A DNA stretch of 64,000 bases from Marine Group II euryarchaeote MED-G35 (GCA_002457155.1 NTJS01000003.1:1201-65200); one strand, 5' to 3'; positions 18,162 through 28,552 are shown, counted from the stretch's first letter. Program-made: numbers and translations. The notes: generated by a model not told the origin, from the letters alone.

Positions 18162-19055
18162 ATGCCAGAGTTACCCGAGGTCGAGACCGTACGCCTTGGC
18201 TTGGAGAGGCACCTCCTTGGACGGAATATTACGTCAGTCGATCTGAGGCGAAGTGATCTCAGGTTCCCATTCCCGAGAGATTTCGTTACATCTCTTAGGG
18301 GCCGTTTAGTGCAGTCAGTAGATCGTCGGGCAAAGTATCTTCTCATTCGCCTTGAAGGCGGCATTACGTGGCTCTGCCATCTTGGGATGAGTGGGAGGTG
18401 GACGCTAATCGGGGATGGTATTGAGAGCAGACCCGGTAGTTTCTCCAACGGAGCCTCTGTTGGTAGCGGGGATGGTCCCCATGATTGGGTGATAGTTCAC
18501 CTAGACGACGGAAGCAAGGCAGTCTACTCCGATCATCGAAGATTTGGCTTCATGGATTGCTTCCCAACATCTGAACAAGACAGACACAAATTCCTTTCCA
18601 ATCTCGGTCCCGAACCAACTCCAAACCATCTTGTTCCAGGGGAACTAGGAGACGGCCTAAGGGGTAAGAGGACCCCAATCAAGTCTGCATTGTTAGATCA
18701 GCGAGTTATCGCTGGACTCGGAAATATCTACGTTTGTGAGATTCTACACAGGGCCGGAGTGTCCCCTAGGAGAAAAGCAAACAGCGTAGCAGGCAAATCA
18801 GGCGTCTCAAGCAGAGTGGAGAGGATTACTGCCGCCACCCATGATGTAATCACCGAAGCTATTGATGCCGGGGGGTCAACTCTGCAGGACTTTAGAGGAG
18901 TCGGCGGAGAAGAGGCTATGGGTTATTTCGTCCATAATTTCCAGGTTTATGGCAGGGAAGGAAAGAGTTGCATGAAGGACGGCTGCCAGGGGTCCATCAA
19001 GAGAATTGTTCAGTCAAACAGATCCACCTTTTACTGCTCAACCTGCCAACGCTGA
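18162..19055 (+). CDS. mutM: Formamidopyrimidine-DNA glycosylase (Fpg/MutM/Nei family)
   Basis: MPELPEVETVR N-terminus with catalytic Pro2, the H2TH block LLDQRVIAGLGNIYVCEILHRAGV, and a C-terminal zinc finger CQGSIKRIVQSNRSTFYCSTCQ. The start is moved from the track to the ATG at 18162. Confidence 0.85.
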   Translation: MPELPEVETVRLGLERHLLGRNITSVDLRRSDLRFPFPRDFVTSLRGRLVQSVDRRAKYLLIRLEGGITWLCHLGMSGRWTLIGDGIESRPGSFSNGASVGSGDGPHDWVIVHLDDGSKAVYSDHRRFGFMDCFPTSEQDRHKFLSNLGPEPTPNHLVPGELGDGLRGKRTPIKSALLDQRVIAGLGNIYVCEILHRAGVSPRRKANSVAGKSGVSSRVERITAATHDVITEAIDAGGSTLQDFRGVGGEEAMGYFVHNFQVYGREGKSCMKDGCQGSIKRIVQSNRSTFYCSTCQR

Positions 19056-19060
19056 GTTAA

Positions 19061-20011
19061 CTAGTCATGATTCTGGGACATCTCTATCCCTCTGACAAGA
19101 GCAAGAAGAACCTCGTTTCTTGGAGTCTTGATGCCAAGCTCCTCGCCCTTGGAAATTACTGCTCCACAAATCACATCAATCTCGGTTTTCCTCCCTGCCA
19201 TAAGGTCCTGGAGCATCGAGACTCTATTTTCAGAAGTGGCAGTAACTACTTTCCTGAGGTAATCCTCGATATTCATTGCACCCAGATCCACGCCTGATGC
19301 CCTTGCAACGTTCTCCGCCTCCCTCATCGCCTCAAGAGACTGAATCCAGAGCTCGGGGATTTCTAACAGGCCTCCGTTCCTGATTCCAGCTATTGCGCAT
19401 ATCGGATTGATTGCTACATTGATCATCAGTTTCCTCCATATTTCCTTATTTATATCTGATGACCACGTTGGATTCAAGCCGGCCTCATCCAATAGAGAAA
19501 CAAACTCAGCCTCGGTTGGGTTTGGGTCCGACCCATCCATTTTCCCTATGGACATAGAACCCCTACTTGTCCAATGCACCCCACCCTCGCTGTCCCTCCA
19601 TGCCGAGTGTGTAGTTGAACCGCCGACCACTCTCTCCCAGCCAACTCTGCTAGCAATAATTCCAGAATTTCCTAGTCCGTTTTGGATGCTAACAACCACC
19701 CCCCCCTCCGACACAATGTCTTCAGCTATGGAGGAAAGTTCCGGTGTCGAATCTGCCTTGCCAGCAATAATGGCAACATCACAGGATTTGCACATAGTCT
19801 CGTTAAGTGGACCCCTTTGACTGTCTATGAGCACATAGCGGTCCCTCGGAATCATTTCAACGGTACCCTCGGGTGTGAAGATGGTTAGCCCCCCTTCGAG
19901 AATTTCCGCCGTCCTCCCTCTGGATACGCAAACCAATCCTGCTCCAGTATCAGCAAGACAACCAGCAATGACCCCCCCCAAGGCTCCAGTTCCAAGTATT
20001 GCTACTCTCAC
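19061..20011 (-). CDS. panE: 2-dehydropantoate 2-reductase (ketopantoate reductase)
   Basis: MRVAILGTGALGGVIAG Rossmann start. A later block (NPICAIAGIRNGGL) and MLQDLMAGRKTEID are typical of ApbA/PanE. Confidence 0.8.
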   Translation of the reverse strand: MRVAILGTGALGGVIAGCLADTGAGLVCVSRGRTAEILEGGLTIFTPEGTVEMIPRDRYVLIDSQRGPLNETMCKSCDVAIIAGKADSTPELSSIAEDIVSEGGVVVSIQNGLGNSGIIASRVGWERVVGGSTTHSAWRDSEGGVHWTSRGSMSIGKMDGSDPNPTEAEFVSLLDEAGLNPTWSSDINKEIWRKLMINVAINPICAIAGIRNGGLLEIPELWIQSLEAMREAENVARASGVDLGAMNIEDYLRKVVTATSENRVSMLQDLMAGRKTEIDVICGAVISKGEELGIKTPRNEVLLALVRGIEMSQNHD

Positions 20012-22408
20012 TCAACATCCCTCCGAAGGACATCTGGCCGAGAGATGAATTGTGATTCCAGAGTCATCTGCCGTCACCCAAACAGCCCTTTCAAGTTCTG
20101 AGAGTCCCACTGCCCTCGCCGTAATCACAGTGCTATTGCCGCCATCCACCCAATCGGTCATGGTGACTTCCCAAATTCCACTTTGTGGAGAATCGCCATG
20201 CCACTCCAAAGACAAGTCCATCCCCCCCTTCTCTCTGTTGAAGATCACGAATTCATCTGTATTGATTCCCCTATCCAAACCACTCGGATGGACATAGACA
20301 TCTACCGAATCAATTATTCTGAATGCCTCCATAGTTCCGTCAGAATTGCATTTTGCAAGCCAACCTCCAGTTCCAACACCTATGGATCCATCGCCACTTA
20401 GATTTCCCATGAGTCGAATGGCGGAGTAGTTACCCATCTCTTCTGACCAGTTAGAACCGGTATTAACTTGCTTCGCGACATCGCCAGATTGACAGAAAGG
20501 TGAGCCGTAGTCGGAATGGACCAGGATGTCCCCCGCCACGGCGAAGCCACTTGGAATTTCCCATGAGCCACCATTGACTTGGATCAATCGCTCTGAACCA
20601 TTGATCGGCAACGTCCAAGGACCAATCGTCTCGTTCCCACTGACCAAGTAAAATACTGGTCCAAATGCTCTACCTTGGCTGTCGAAAGAATCAGAATTTT
20701 GTATGGCTCCTTCGTGCCCTTGGAGACAAATTTCCTGAGCCCCTTCACTAATATTGCTATCATTAATCGAATCCCAATATGGGCTCTCTATTACAATCCT
20801 GCCTCCTCCAGTATCCATAACATTGCAAATTATCGGAGCCCCGGAGTCTCCCTTGAGTTCCCAGAAAGGCTCAGAAAAACTTCTATTGCTCAAACTTGAT
20901 AATTTAATCGCATGCTCTTCTTCGAAGCCAGAAACATCGACAAGAATCTTGAGTAAATGCGGCGTAAAAACACCCTCGGGAGGAGTAATAGAAATTGATA
21001 ACTCAAGATTTTCTTTCTGAGTCAGTCTATCGAATCTGCAGATATCGGAAGACACTGAACACGAGTAATTCAACTCCCATTCAAACGGTTCCGCTCCCTC
21101 GACTCTGAACTGGAGCCATCCCGATACTGGCATCACTCCCCTCGGCTCCAATAATAGGGTAAATTCCAACTCCTCCCCCGTCTTAAAAAGCAACTCTTCT
21201 GGCCAAGTTTCGGTGGAAACTCCAGAATCATAGTCTTCCATCTCGTATGATGGGACGGTCCCCGGCATCCCTGCTAGGAGAACAATGAATGCTATTGCCA
21301 CTAATCTGCTTCTGTGTCTTTCTTCTAGTCCAAAATGCTCGTCTAGGATAATAGGATGAGGCAAACTGTCAGGGTTGAACCTCTGCCATGCTGCTACAAA
21401 TGCAAGGAAAATCCAGGGAGTCCACTGTTCAGTAGCGAATACTATCACCATGACGAATAGAACAATTAGGAAAATCGACGTCTGAGTACTCCCCCTCCTC
21501 ATTTCAGATGGTCCAATAATTGCATGCAGCAACCTATCTCCGGGAAGTCCAGGGATCGGAAGCATCAATCCCCAGCCCACAATGGCCAGCCCGATTCCTG
21601 CAATCCCGGTTGGATGCAACCATTGGAGCCTGATCCCTGATTCTCCACCCATCCAAAATTCGACCAAATACCCAGTGATCAGGTTTGTATCGAATACGGT
21701 TGGTGCCCCCGTGAGTTCAGGAGGGTTACTAGGCGTCATCATTAGCCCCAAAATGGTCAGGATACTTCCTGACAAGAATAGGACTATTGGGACTGCCACT
21801 TCGATTGATCCCAGCGCCTGTCTATTTGGCATTGGAACTAGATCCGGTTTCCTCTGCCCCAGCGATCCTACGATTCCAAAAGGCCACCACGTGGGTATGG
21901 GAAATACAATTGGAGCAATGTGCCCGACTTCGACTTCAAACTTCCTTGCCACAATGACTCTGCAATAGCTAGCAATGAGTAATGAGAGAATCACCGGAGT
22001 GGTGAACAAAAAGAATGACTGCCCGAATTCGTTAACCCCAGCCCCACCATACTCGTACTCAGAGACCCAATGTTCTCCCACCATAGTCATGAATGCCGCC
22101 ATTACTACCCATAGAGCGACTTGCTGAAACCCCCTCATGACCGAACTCCCCTCGGGAACTCTTGAAATCGTCATTATAGGGGGGTTACTGTCCTCCAATG
22201 AACCGACCAATCCCATGGGTTCCAAGTGCATGTTCAGTTGCAGTAGCTGTTCCCCAACCCCCAGATCGTCCTTCCCCTTTACTTCCCAGGAATTTGGATA
22301 AGCACCTTCACTACCAAGATCGAAGAACCTGGAGGCAATTACTTCTAGAAGTTCACGAGTACCCCAAGTCTCAGAATCGACCAAGATTTCTTCAGACACC
22401 ATGCTCAC
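20012..22408 (-). CDS. M50 (site-2 protease)-like polytopic membrane protein lacking HExxH, with a large C-terminal non-membrane domain
   Basis: The block IASYCRVIVARKFEVEVGHIAPIVFPIPTWWPFGIVGSLGQRKPDLVPMPNRQALGSIEVAVP aligns by eye to the M50 block HELGHyvaaRkhGV..slPyFIP.p..GTlGAvI....p.p.RkaLfDIg.AGP. A later MLPIPGLPGDRLLH corresponds to NLLPvgqLDGGH. The C-terminal approximately 400 aa are hydrophilic and rich in N-x-S/T sites. Confidence 0.55.
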   Translation of the reverse strand: MSMVSEEILVDSETWGTRELLEVIASRFFDLGSEGAYPNSWEVKGKDDLGVGEQLLQLNMHLEPMGLVGSLEDSNPPIMTISRVPEGSSVMRGFQQVALWVVMAAFMTMVGEHWVSEYEYGGAGVNEFGQSFFLFTTPVILSLLIASYCRVIVARKFEVEVGHIAPIVFPIPTWWPFGIVGSLGQRKPDLVPMPNRQALGSIEVAVPIVLFLSGSILTILGLMMTPSNPPELTGAPTVFDTNLITGYLVEFWMGGESGIRLQWLHPTGIAGIGLAIVGWGLMLPIPGLPGDRLLHAIIGPSEMRRGSTQTSIFLIVLFVMVIVFATEQWTPWIFLAFVAAWQRFNPDSLPHPIILDEHFGLEERHRSRLVAIAFIVLLAGMPGTVPSYEMEDYDSGVSTETWPEELLFKTGEELEFTLLLEPRGVMPVSGWLQFRVEGAEPFEWELNYSCSVSSDICRFDRLTQKENLELSISITPPEGVFTPHLLKILVDVSGFEEEHAIKLSSLSNRSFSEPFWELKGDSGAPIICNVMDTGGGRIVIESPYWDSINDSNISEGAQEICLQGHEGAIQNSDSFDSQGRAFGPVFYLVSGNETIGPWTLPINGSERLIQVNGGSWEIPSGFAVAGDILVHSDYGSPFCQSGDVAKQVNTGSNWSEEMGNYSAIRLMGNLSGDGSIGVGTGGWLAKCNSDGTMEAFRIIDSVDVYVHPSGLDRGINTDEFVIFNREKGGMDLSLEWHGDSPQSGIWEVTMTDWVDGGNSTVITARAVGLSELERAVWVTADDSGITIHLSARCPSEGC

Positions 22409-22424
22409 TCCCCGACCTTCCTCG

Positions 22425-22446
22425 AGGGGTGTCAGATTTGACCCCT
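22425..22446. repeat. Hairpin-forming inverted repeat between the atpD stop and the next gene start (aggggt-N10-acccct)
   Basis: 6-bp perfect arms read directly from the sequence. The position suggests an operon boundary or terminator role, but I cannot support that further. Confidence 0.25.
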
Positions 22447-22459
22447 GCTCTTGCCCATC

Positions 22460-23077
22460 TCACTTGTTCTTGAAGCGCTTGAGGCGGAAGGTCTCCTCCC
22501 GCTCCATCTCCTCAAGTCTAAGTTGGATGAAGGTCTGAGCCTCTTTCATCTCCGGGATAACCTTGAACTCGAGTGCATTCACTCTCCTCTTAGTGGCCTC
22601 TATTTCTTCCAAGAGCCTCTTCAGTGTCGCCTCCATCTCAGCCGCCTTTACGACCTTCTCAACTAACAGTGAGTAAGCGTCAGCAGCCTCGTCAATGTAT
22701 GGGGAACCCCCTACCATGCCAAGCCCTCGATCTTCGGCAGATAGTTTCAGATTCTGACCTTCGACCTTTGGTACCACCACTCCCATGATGTTTCTTCGTG
22801 ACACCTGGACCTCAGGATGCTTCGACGAGGCTATTGCCGCACTCTTTACAGATAGCCCACCTTCTATTGAAGATGCCAGGTTGATTGCCTGTAGCGCATC
22901 TCTGAAGGTACCGACCAACTCTTCCCTAGCAGCTATCATCTCAGAAAGTAGAGTCCGGAACTCATGGAAAAGACCATCCCTCTTCATCTTCAAAAGATTG
23001 TATCCACTAGAAGTCTGCTTGATTCTCCTCTTCAGGTTGATCAATTCAGATCTGGTCGGCTTGATGTCTAGGGCCAT
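22460..23077 (-). CDS. atpD: A-type ATP synthase subunit D
   Basis: MALDIKPTRSELINLKRRIKQTSSGYNLLKMKRDGL is the conserved A/V-type D N-terminus. Last gene of the operon. Confidence 0.9.
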   Translation of the reverse strand: MALDIKPTRSELINLKRRIKQTSSGYNLLKMKRDGLFHEFRTLLSEMIAAREELVGTFRDALQAINLASSIEGGLSVKSAAIASSKHPEVQVSRRNIMGVVVPKVEGQNLKLSAEDRGLGMVGGSPYIDEAADAYSLLVEKVVKAAEMEATLKRLLEEIEATKRRVNALEFKVIPEMKEAQTFIQLRLEEMEREETFRLKRFKNK

Positions 23078-23098
23078 TTGCTAATCTCCTCGGAAATC

Positions 23099-24487
23099 TC
23101 ACTCTTCCTTCTTGTCAGTTGGATGATACTTGTCGATCCACTTCTGGTCTAGCCTTACCAGGTACTTTGTGTCGATGTTGGCCAGAAGCTTCCAAGCAAG
23201 ATCCAGAGTACCTTCGTGAATTGTCCTGTCCTCGTCCCTACCCTGTCTCAAGAATTGGTCTTCGAAAATGTCCGAGAACTTGAGTAATTGAAGATCCCTT
23301 TCGTTCAAAGCGTCTTCACCGACAATCGCCACTAGTCCTCTGAGCTCCCTGCCTTGTGCATAGGCCGCGTAAAGCTGGTCAGAAACGGACTTGTGGTCCT
23401 CTCTGGTCTTGCCCGGCCCGATTCCAGCGTTCATTAGACGACTTAGTGAGGGAAGAACGTTGATTGGAGGGTAAATGCCCTTCTGATGCAACTCTCTAGA
23501 AATAACAATCTGACCCTCAGTTATGTAACCAGATAGATCTGGAATTGGATGCGTGATGTCATCACCAGGCATTGTAAGTATTGGGAACTGAGTGATAGAC
23601 CCCTTCTTTCCTTTTACCAGCCCGGCTCTCTCATACAGCATCGCAAGATCCGTATACATGTATCCAGGGTATCCACGCCTTCCAGGAACCTCTTCTCTAG
23701 CCGCTCCAATTTGGCGCAGTGACTCACAGTAGTTCGTCATGTCCGTGTATATCACCAGAACGTGGTAGTCATGTTCGAAGGCGAGATACTCCGCAGCCGT
23801 TAGGGCCAGTCTTGGAGTGATCAGCCTCTCCACCGCAGGGTCATCCGCTAGATTGACGAACAGGGCCGCATTCTCTAGAGCCCCCGTCCTCTCAAGATCG
23901 TGAACGAAGAAGTTGTACTCTTCAGCCGTAATTCCCATTGCACAGAATACGACAACGAAGTCATCATCACTGTCTACTAGTTTGGCTTGCCTTGCAATCT
24001 GCAATGCAATGTCGTTGTGCGGCAATCCGCTGGCGCTGAAGATCGGAAGCTTCTGGCCTCTGACCAAAGAAGTGCAGGCATCGATTGCCGAAATTCCGGT
24101 CTGTATGAAAGACTCAGGACTCTGTCGAGAGTAGGGATTGATTGCAGCCCCGATAATGTCGGCCATATCGTCTGCGACTATCTCCGGGCCACCATCTCTC
24201 GGCCTACCTGCCCCATCCAGGATCCTCCCGATTAGATCCTTGCTGACTGGCAGCTTGAACACGTCCCCTAGGAACTTGACGCCAGTCTGCCTGTCGACCG
24301 ATGCAGTTCCCTCGAAGACTTGTACAATCACCTGATCGTCCGATGTATCCAGAACCTGTCCGTTCTTCATCGAACCATCGCTCAGCCTTAGTTGGACAAT
24401 CTCTCCGAAAGACACTGGTTCAGTCTTATTTAGGAACACTAGTGGTCCCTTCACGTCTGTAATCGTTCTGTATTCCTTTCCACTCAT
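23099..24487 (-). CDS. atpB: A-type ATP synthase subunit B
   Basis: [14 protein letters not shown]..., [33 protein letters not shown]. Confidence 0.95.
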   Translation of the reverse strand: MSGKEYRTITDVKGPLVFLNKTEPVSFGEIVQLRLSDGSMKNGQVLDTSDDQVIVQVFEGTASVDRQTGVKFLGDVFKLPVSKDLIGRILDGAGRPRDGGPEIVADDMADIIGAAINPYSRQSPESFIQTGISAIDACTSLVRGQKLPIFSASGLPHNDIALQIARQAKLVDSDDDFVVVFCAMGITAEEYNFFVHDLERTGALENAALFVNLADDPAVERLITPRLALTAAEYLAFEHDYHVLVIYTDMTNYCESLRQIGAAREEVPGRRGYPGYMYTDLAMLYERAGLVKGKKGSITQFPILTMPGDDITHPIPDLSGYITEGQIVISRELHQKGIYPPINVLPSLSRLMNAGIGPGKTREDHKSVSDQLYAAYAQGRELRGLVAIVGEDALNERDLQLLKFSDIFEDQFLRQGRDEDRTIHEGTLDLAWKLLANIDTKYLVRLDQKWIDKYHPTDKKEE

Positions 24488-24496
24488 TGTATCACC

Positions 24497-26239
24497 TCAG
24501 TTTGCCTCCATGCTAGAAGAAATCTGCTTCCCCATCTCAGAAACTAATTCTCCAATCTTGTCGTTGTAACCCTTCTCGAAGCGCCCTCTCATCAGGTCCG
24601 TCCTCGCTGGGACGTTCACGACGTCTTCCAACTGGGCTCCACCTGCGATTGCCTTCTTTGCCTCCTCTTGGAAGCTCAGAATCGCTCTTGCCATGTCATA
24701 TTGTAGTTTCAGATCGCTGTATGTGTCCACATCATGGAAAGCATTCTGCTGCAGGAAGAACTCTCGAATCATTCTGGCAACTTCTAGAGTCAACTGTTGA
24801 TCGATTGGCAATGCATCCGAGCCCACCAACTGGACAATCTCTTGCAACTCTGCTTCAACTTGCAGCAGTGTGCTAATTTCTGTTCTTACTTCTGGGAAAT
24901 CTGATGCTATGTTGTCCCTGTACCATTGGTCTAGTGCCTGTGGGTATAGGCTGTACGAGCTCAACCAATTGATGGCCGGGAAATGTCGTTGCCTTGCCAG
25001 TCCAGCATCTAAACCCCAGAAAACCTTGACAATCCTCAATGTCCCCTGGCTGACTGGTTCTGATATGTCTCCACCTGGGGGGGAAACAGCTCCAATAACC
25101 GAGACAGATCCATCATCCCCCGCAAGAGTCTGAACCCTTCCAGCTCTCTCGTAGAACTCAGCTAGTCTACTGGAAAGGTATGCAGGATAACCCTCTTCGC
25201 CAGGCATCTCCTCAAGCCGAGAAGAAATCTCCCTCATCGCCTCCGCCCATCTGCTAGTGGAATCTGCCATCAGGGCTACATTGTAACCCATGTCGCGGAA
25301 ATATTCCGCAATTGTAACCCCAGTGTACACCGAAGCCTCTCTAGCAGCCACAGGCATGTTTGATGTGTTAGCTATCATGACAGTCCTGTTCATCAGGGGC
25401 TTGTTTGTATTTGGATCAATCAGGTGGGGGAACTCGTCGAGAACTTCAGTCATCTCGTTTCCTCTCTCTCCACACCCAATGTAGACCACTATCTGGGCAT
25501 CAGACCACTTGGCGAGTTGTTGCTGAGTTACCGTCTTTCCTGAACCAAAAGGACCTGGTATTCCAGCAGTCCCTCCCTTAGCAAGTGGGAAGAGGAAGTC
25601 GAGAATCCTCTGCCCCGTCATCAGCGGAACGTCAGGGGCATACTTCTGGATGAATGGTCTTGGATGCCTTACTGGCCATTCCTGCATCATTGCAATCTCT
25701 GTCCCATCCTCAAGCTTACACACCGTCTCAGTGATGTTGAATGAACCAGAGTCAATCTTCTTGACGACCCCTCCTTTTCCAGGTGGAATCATCACTCTGT
25801 GCTCGATAGTCTCGGTTTCCTGGACAATTCCGATTACATGGCCAGCCGAAACCTCGTCTCCAGCCTTTACGTTAGCATTGAAGTCCCACTTCTTCTCGAG
25901 ATCTAGTCCATCCGCATCCACTCCTCGGGTGATGAAGACCCCCATTGTCTCCTCCAACTTTGGCAGTGGCCTCTGAATTCCATCATAGATCTGTGTTAGT
26001 AGACCAGGGCCGAGTTGCACTGACAACGTCTGCCCCGTCCTTACCACTGGCTCCCCCGGCTTGATCCCAGATGTCTCTTCGTACACCTGTATCACTGATT
26101 GGTCGCCATGCAGTTCGATTACTTCTCCCATCAAACCTTCATTCCCGACTCTTACCACCTCGTACATTCGAGGTGCTATCCCTATTGCAGTCACAACTGG
26201 TCCGGAAATCCGGTATATTACTCCATTTTCTTCACTCAT
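24497..26239 (-). CDS. atpA: A-type ATP synthase catalytic subunit A (no intein)
   Basis: [11 protein letters not shown]..., Walker [20 protein letters not shown]. The start is set at the internal ATG (MSEENGVIY), 29 nt downstream of the atpF stop. The 33-aa extension in the track overlaps atpF. Confidence 0.95.
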   Translation of the reverse strand: MSEENGVIYRISGPVVTAIGIAPRMYEVVRVGNEGLMGEVIELHGDQSVIQVYEETSGIKPGEPVVRTGQTLSVQLGPGLLTQIYDGIQRPLPKLEETMGVFITRGVDADGLDLEKKWDFNANVKAGDEVSAGHVIGIVQETETIEHRVMIPPGKGGVVKKIDSGSFNITETVCKLEDGTEIAMMQEWPVRHPRPFIQKYAPDVPLMTGQRILDFLFPLAKGGTAGIPGPFGSGKTVTQQQLAKWSDAQIVVYIGCGERGNEMTEVLDEFPHLIDPNTNKPLMNRTVMIANTSNMPVAAREASVYTGVTIAEYFRDMGYNVALMADSTSRWAEAMREISSRLEEMPGEEGYPAYLSSRLAEFYERAGRVQTLAGDDGSVSVIGAVSPPGGDISEPVSQGTLRIVKVFWGLDAGLARQRHFPAINWLSSYSLYPQALDQWYRDNIASDFPEVRTEISTLLQVEAELQEIVQLVGSDALPIDQQLTLEVARMIREFFLQQNAFHDVDTYSDLKLQYDMARAILSFQEEAKKAIAGGAQLEDVVNVPARTDLMRGRFEKGYNDKIGELVSEMGKQISSSMEAN

Positions 26240-26267
26240 TTTTTTCACTTCCTTTATTGTTCGAATC

Positions 26268-26567
26268 TTATTTCCATAGATCGACACCAAGTGCCGACTT
26301 GATGGACTCGCGGAGAGTATTGTCCTCCTCGGTCCCAATGCCCAAAACAGTGGGCGTCACGCTCTCAGAGAGTTGCAGGCGCAATCTCTCTGGGAGTCTC
26401 ATTAAATCGAAGTTGTCCATTACTACAACTCCCACTTCCGTCTGATTTAGGAGGCCTCTGAGAATCTTCTCCATCTCTTCGTCATCAGACGGGTTATACA
26501 GCTCTTCAACTCCTGCGAGTTGGAATCCTAGTGTGAATTCCAATGGCCCTACAATTGCTATTTTCAC
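26268..26567 (-). CDS. atpF: A-type ATP synthase subunit F
   Basis: [20 protein letters not shown]. Size (99 aa) and operon position also fit. Confidence 0.85.
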   Translation of the reverse strand: MKIAIVGPLEFTLGFQLAGVEELYNPSDDEEMEKILRGLLNQTEVGVVVMDNFDLMRLPERLRLQLSESVTPTVLGIGTEEDNTLRESIKSALGVDLWK

Positions 26568-26576
26568 ATCTTCACC

Positions 26577-27629
26577 TCAGTAGTCCATATGCGCTTCCAG
26601 CACTTCGTTCGGAAGTCCAACCGCTTTGCCGCGCACAAGCAACCGTAGGTTCCTAACTTCCAGGGCCTTCCTTTCGATATAGTATATGATTGGGAATGGT
26701 GAAATTGGGCTCAGGTGGGCGAACCTCTTCAGAACCGTGTGCTTCTGGTGAGAGAGTAGTTCTGCATATGGGTCCAAACTGCCCATTCTTTTCGCTTCAG
26801 CCATGGCCTCATCAAAACCAGAGTCATTGAACGAGCTACTTCTTCGGAGGGTTTCGATTAGCTCTTCGTCGCTCTCAGCCTGACAGGCCTGCCTCATAGT
26901 CCCGACGTCAATCTTTCCTCCTGGGATTACCATGGATTGACGCCTTTCAACCGTCATTCCCATTCTAATTGCACGGAATTCGTTGATCACGTTCCTATGG
27001 TCAATCTCCATCCTCAGGTATCTCCGGAGTCTTGGCCCGCCATCTCTTCCTCCAACCGCCTTAAGCGCATCAGAGAAGTATTGCAAGTCCAATGCATTCT
27101 CCATGTCCTCAAGAGTGGCGTCGGCATCAAGTTTTGATAGGGTCCTCCCCCAGGATGTCCCTGACATAGCCTCAATCGCCTCTTGAAGTCCTTCAGTATT
27201 CCTCACGATGTTCAACCAAGGGGCGTTTCTTGGATTCTCAGAAGGTAGTATCTGGGATTCAATTATTTCATCAGATGCTCCGCCATTTATCGCTCTGAGT
27301 ACAGTCTTTGCTTTCTCGTAGTCAAAACGCTCCACATAGATAGCGACTAGTGATTTCAAATGACCCTGACAGAACTTCAGAACTCCTGCCAGATCGTTAT
27401 CCAGATTGTGGAACAACGCTGCCTCGATGGCATCGGCCCCACTCATCCTTGATCCATAGATGTCCATCTCTGCTCTGTATCCCATCTCTCCGATGCTAGC
27501 CCCAATCGAGTCAGTGCCTTGTTGGATAAGCTGGCGCATCCTTGTCGTATCTATCAACGAAGCCTTGCGTGCCTTCGCCCGTGCAGCAGCATTGTATAGA
27601 TTCGAACGACCGTTCAGCGCCCTTGACAT
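26577..27629 (-). CDS. atpC: A-type ATP synthase subunit C
   Basis: 350 aa, helical, with the N-terminus YNAAARAKARKASLID typical of A/V-type C (d). Operon position fits. Confidence 0.85.
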   Translation of the reverse strand: MSRALNGRSNLYNAAARAKARKASLIDTTRMRQLIQQGTDSIGASIGEMGYRAEMDIYGSRMSGADAIEAALFHNLDNDLAGVLKFCQGHLKSLVAIYVERFDYEKAKTVLRAINGGASDEIIESQILPSENPRNAPWLNIVRNTEGLQEAIEAMSGTSWGRTLSKLDADATLEDMENALDLQYFSDALKAVGGRDGGPRLRRYLRMEIDHRNVINEFRAIRMGMTVERRQSMVIPGGKIDVGTMRQACQAESDEELIETLRRSSSFNDSGFDEAMAEAKRMGSLDPYAELLSHQKHTVLKRFAHLSPISPFPIIYYIERKALEVRNLRLLVRGKAVGLPNEVLEAHMDY

Positions 27630-27638
27630 CTCTCTCCC

Positions 27639-28199
27639 TCACTGTTCCCCGAATAGGATATTGTTTACTTCTCCAAGGCTAGATTTCCAAGCCGCTTCCA
27701 ATCGGAAGTCGAATCTGAAATCCAACACCGTGGAACCGTCTTTGGATTCTAGAACGAATCCACCCAATCCATCGATATCGTCACCCATGGTGAAACTACT
27801 CTTGGAAAGAGCTGTTCTGTCTGAAGCTACAGGTCTCATAATCATTCCAGACTTAGATTTGCTAGCCTCTTTGACCAATGAGTCTAGTATCTGCTTCCTC
27901 CCCTTCATTTTGGGGGATTCGACTTCTTTTTTCACAGTCTCCCATGTTGCATCCAACTCTTCTCTGCGAGCGATTAGCGCCCTCTTCTGGTTCGCTTGCC
28001 TGGCAGAGGCAACTACCTCTACAGACAATTGCGCACTCTCCCTTTCGGCTTTGTCCGAAGAAATGGAGGAGACTTCTGAGACCTCGTTCCGTGCTTCTTC
28101 TTCGATTCTTTTAGCCTCTGCTTGAGCGGCCTCGACGATGGTCTTAGCCTCCGCCTCCGCCTGACTGGCAATCTCTGCCGCCAATGCATCAAGTGTCAT
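27639..28199 (-). CDS. atpE: A-type ATP synthase subunit E
   Basis: N-terminal Ala/Glu-rich coiled coil (AEIASQAEAEAKTIVEAAQAEAKRIEEEA) plus a globular C-terminus. Operon position fits. Confidence 0.85.
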   Translation of the reverse strand: MTLDALAAEIASQAEAEAKTIVEAAQAEAKRIEEEARNEVSEVSSISSDKAERESAQLSVEVVASARQANQKRALIARREELDATWETVKKEVESPKMKGRKQILDSLVKEASKSKSGMIMRPVASDRTALSKSSFTMGDDIDGLGGFVLESKDGSTVLDFRFDFRLEAAWKSSLGEVNNILFGEQ

Positions 28200-28237
28200 T
28201 TTCTAACCTCCTATTCCGTATGGATATCGCACTCTGC

Positions 28238-28552
28238 TCAGAGCAGGAATAGTGCAAGGAATCCAAACAGTACGATGGTCTCTGGTAGAGCGGTGAAGAT
28301 CAGTCCAGTTACGAACTTGCTCGAATCCTCGGCAATCATTCCCACTGCTGCTGCTCCAATTGGCCCCTGGCTTAGCCCAGTACCGACTCCTGCCAGTCCT
28401 AGTGCTATTCCAGCGCCAAGCTTTGCTGCGTCCCAGTTGTAGGACGTCGTTTCCGCGTCTCCCTCTGCTGCCGAAACCACGGATGCAAACATTGCAAACG
28501 AGAATAGGGCCATCAGGGTACTCATTCCAGTCATTGTTTTTCTGTTGTTCAT
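28238..28552 (-). CDS. atpK: A-type ATP synthase proteolipid subunit K (c), single hairpin with an N-terminal hydrophobic extension
   Basis: The hairpin GLAGVGTGLSQGPIGAAAVGMIAE...LIFTALPETIVLFGFLALFLL carries the conserved carboxylate (E in PET). It is preceded by a signal-peptide-like segment, MSTLMALFSFAMFASVVSAAEG. Confidence 0.85.
   Translation of the reverse strand: MNNRKTMTGMSTLMALFSFAMFASVVSAAEGDAETTSYNWDAAKLGAGIALGLAGVGTGLSQGPIGAAAVGMIAEDSSKFVTGLIFTALPETIVLFGFLALFLL

Noticed and set aside
26240-26338. N-terminal extensions in the ORF track. Examples are atpA +33 aa, pelota +38 aa, RidA +65 aa, Fpg +39 aa, slyD +27 aa, PLC-like +27 aa, mog +18 aa and TatD-like +22 aa.
   Set aside because: The extensions overlap upstream genes or precede the conserved family N-terminus (for example Pro2 of Fpg, or the signal peptide of the PLC-like protein). 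Internal ATGs give compact, often ATGA-coupled gene junctions.
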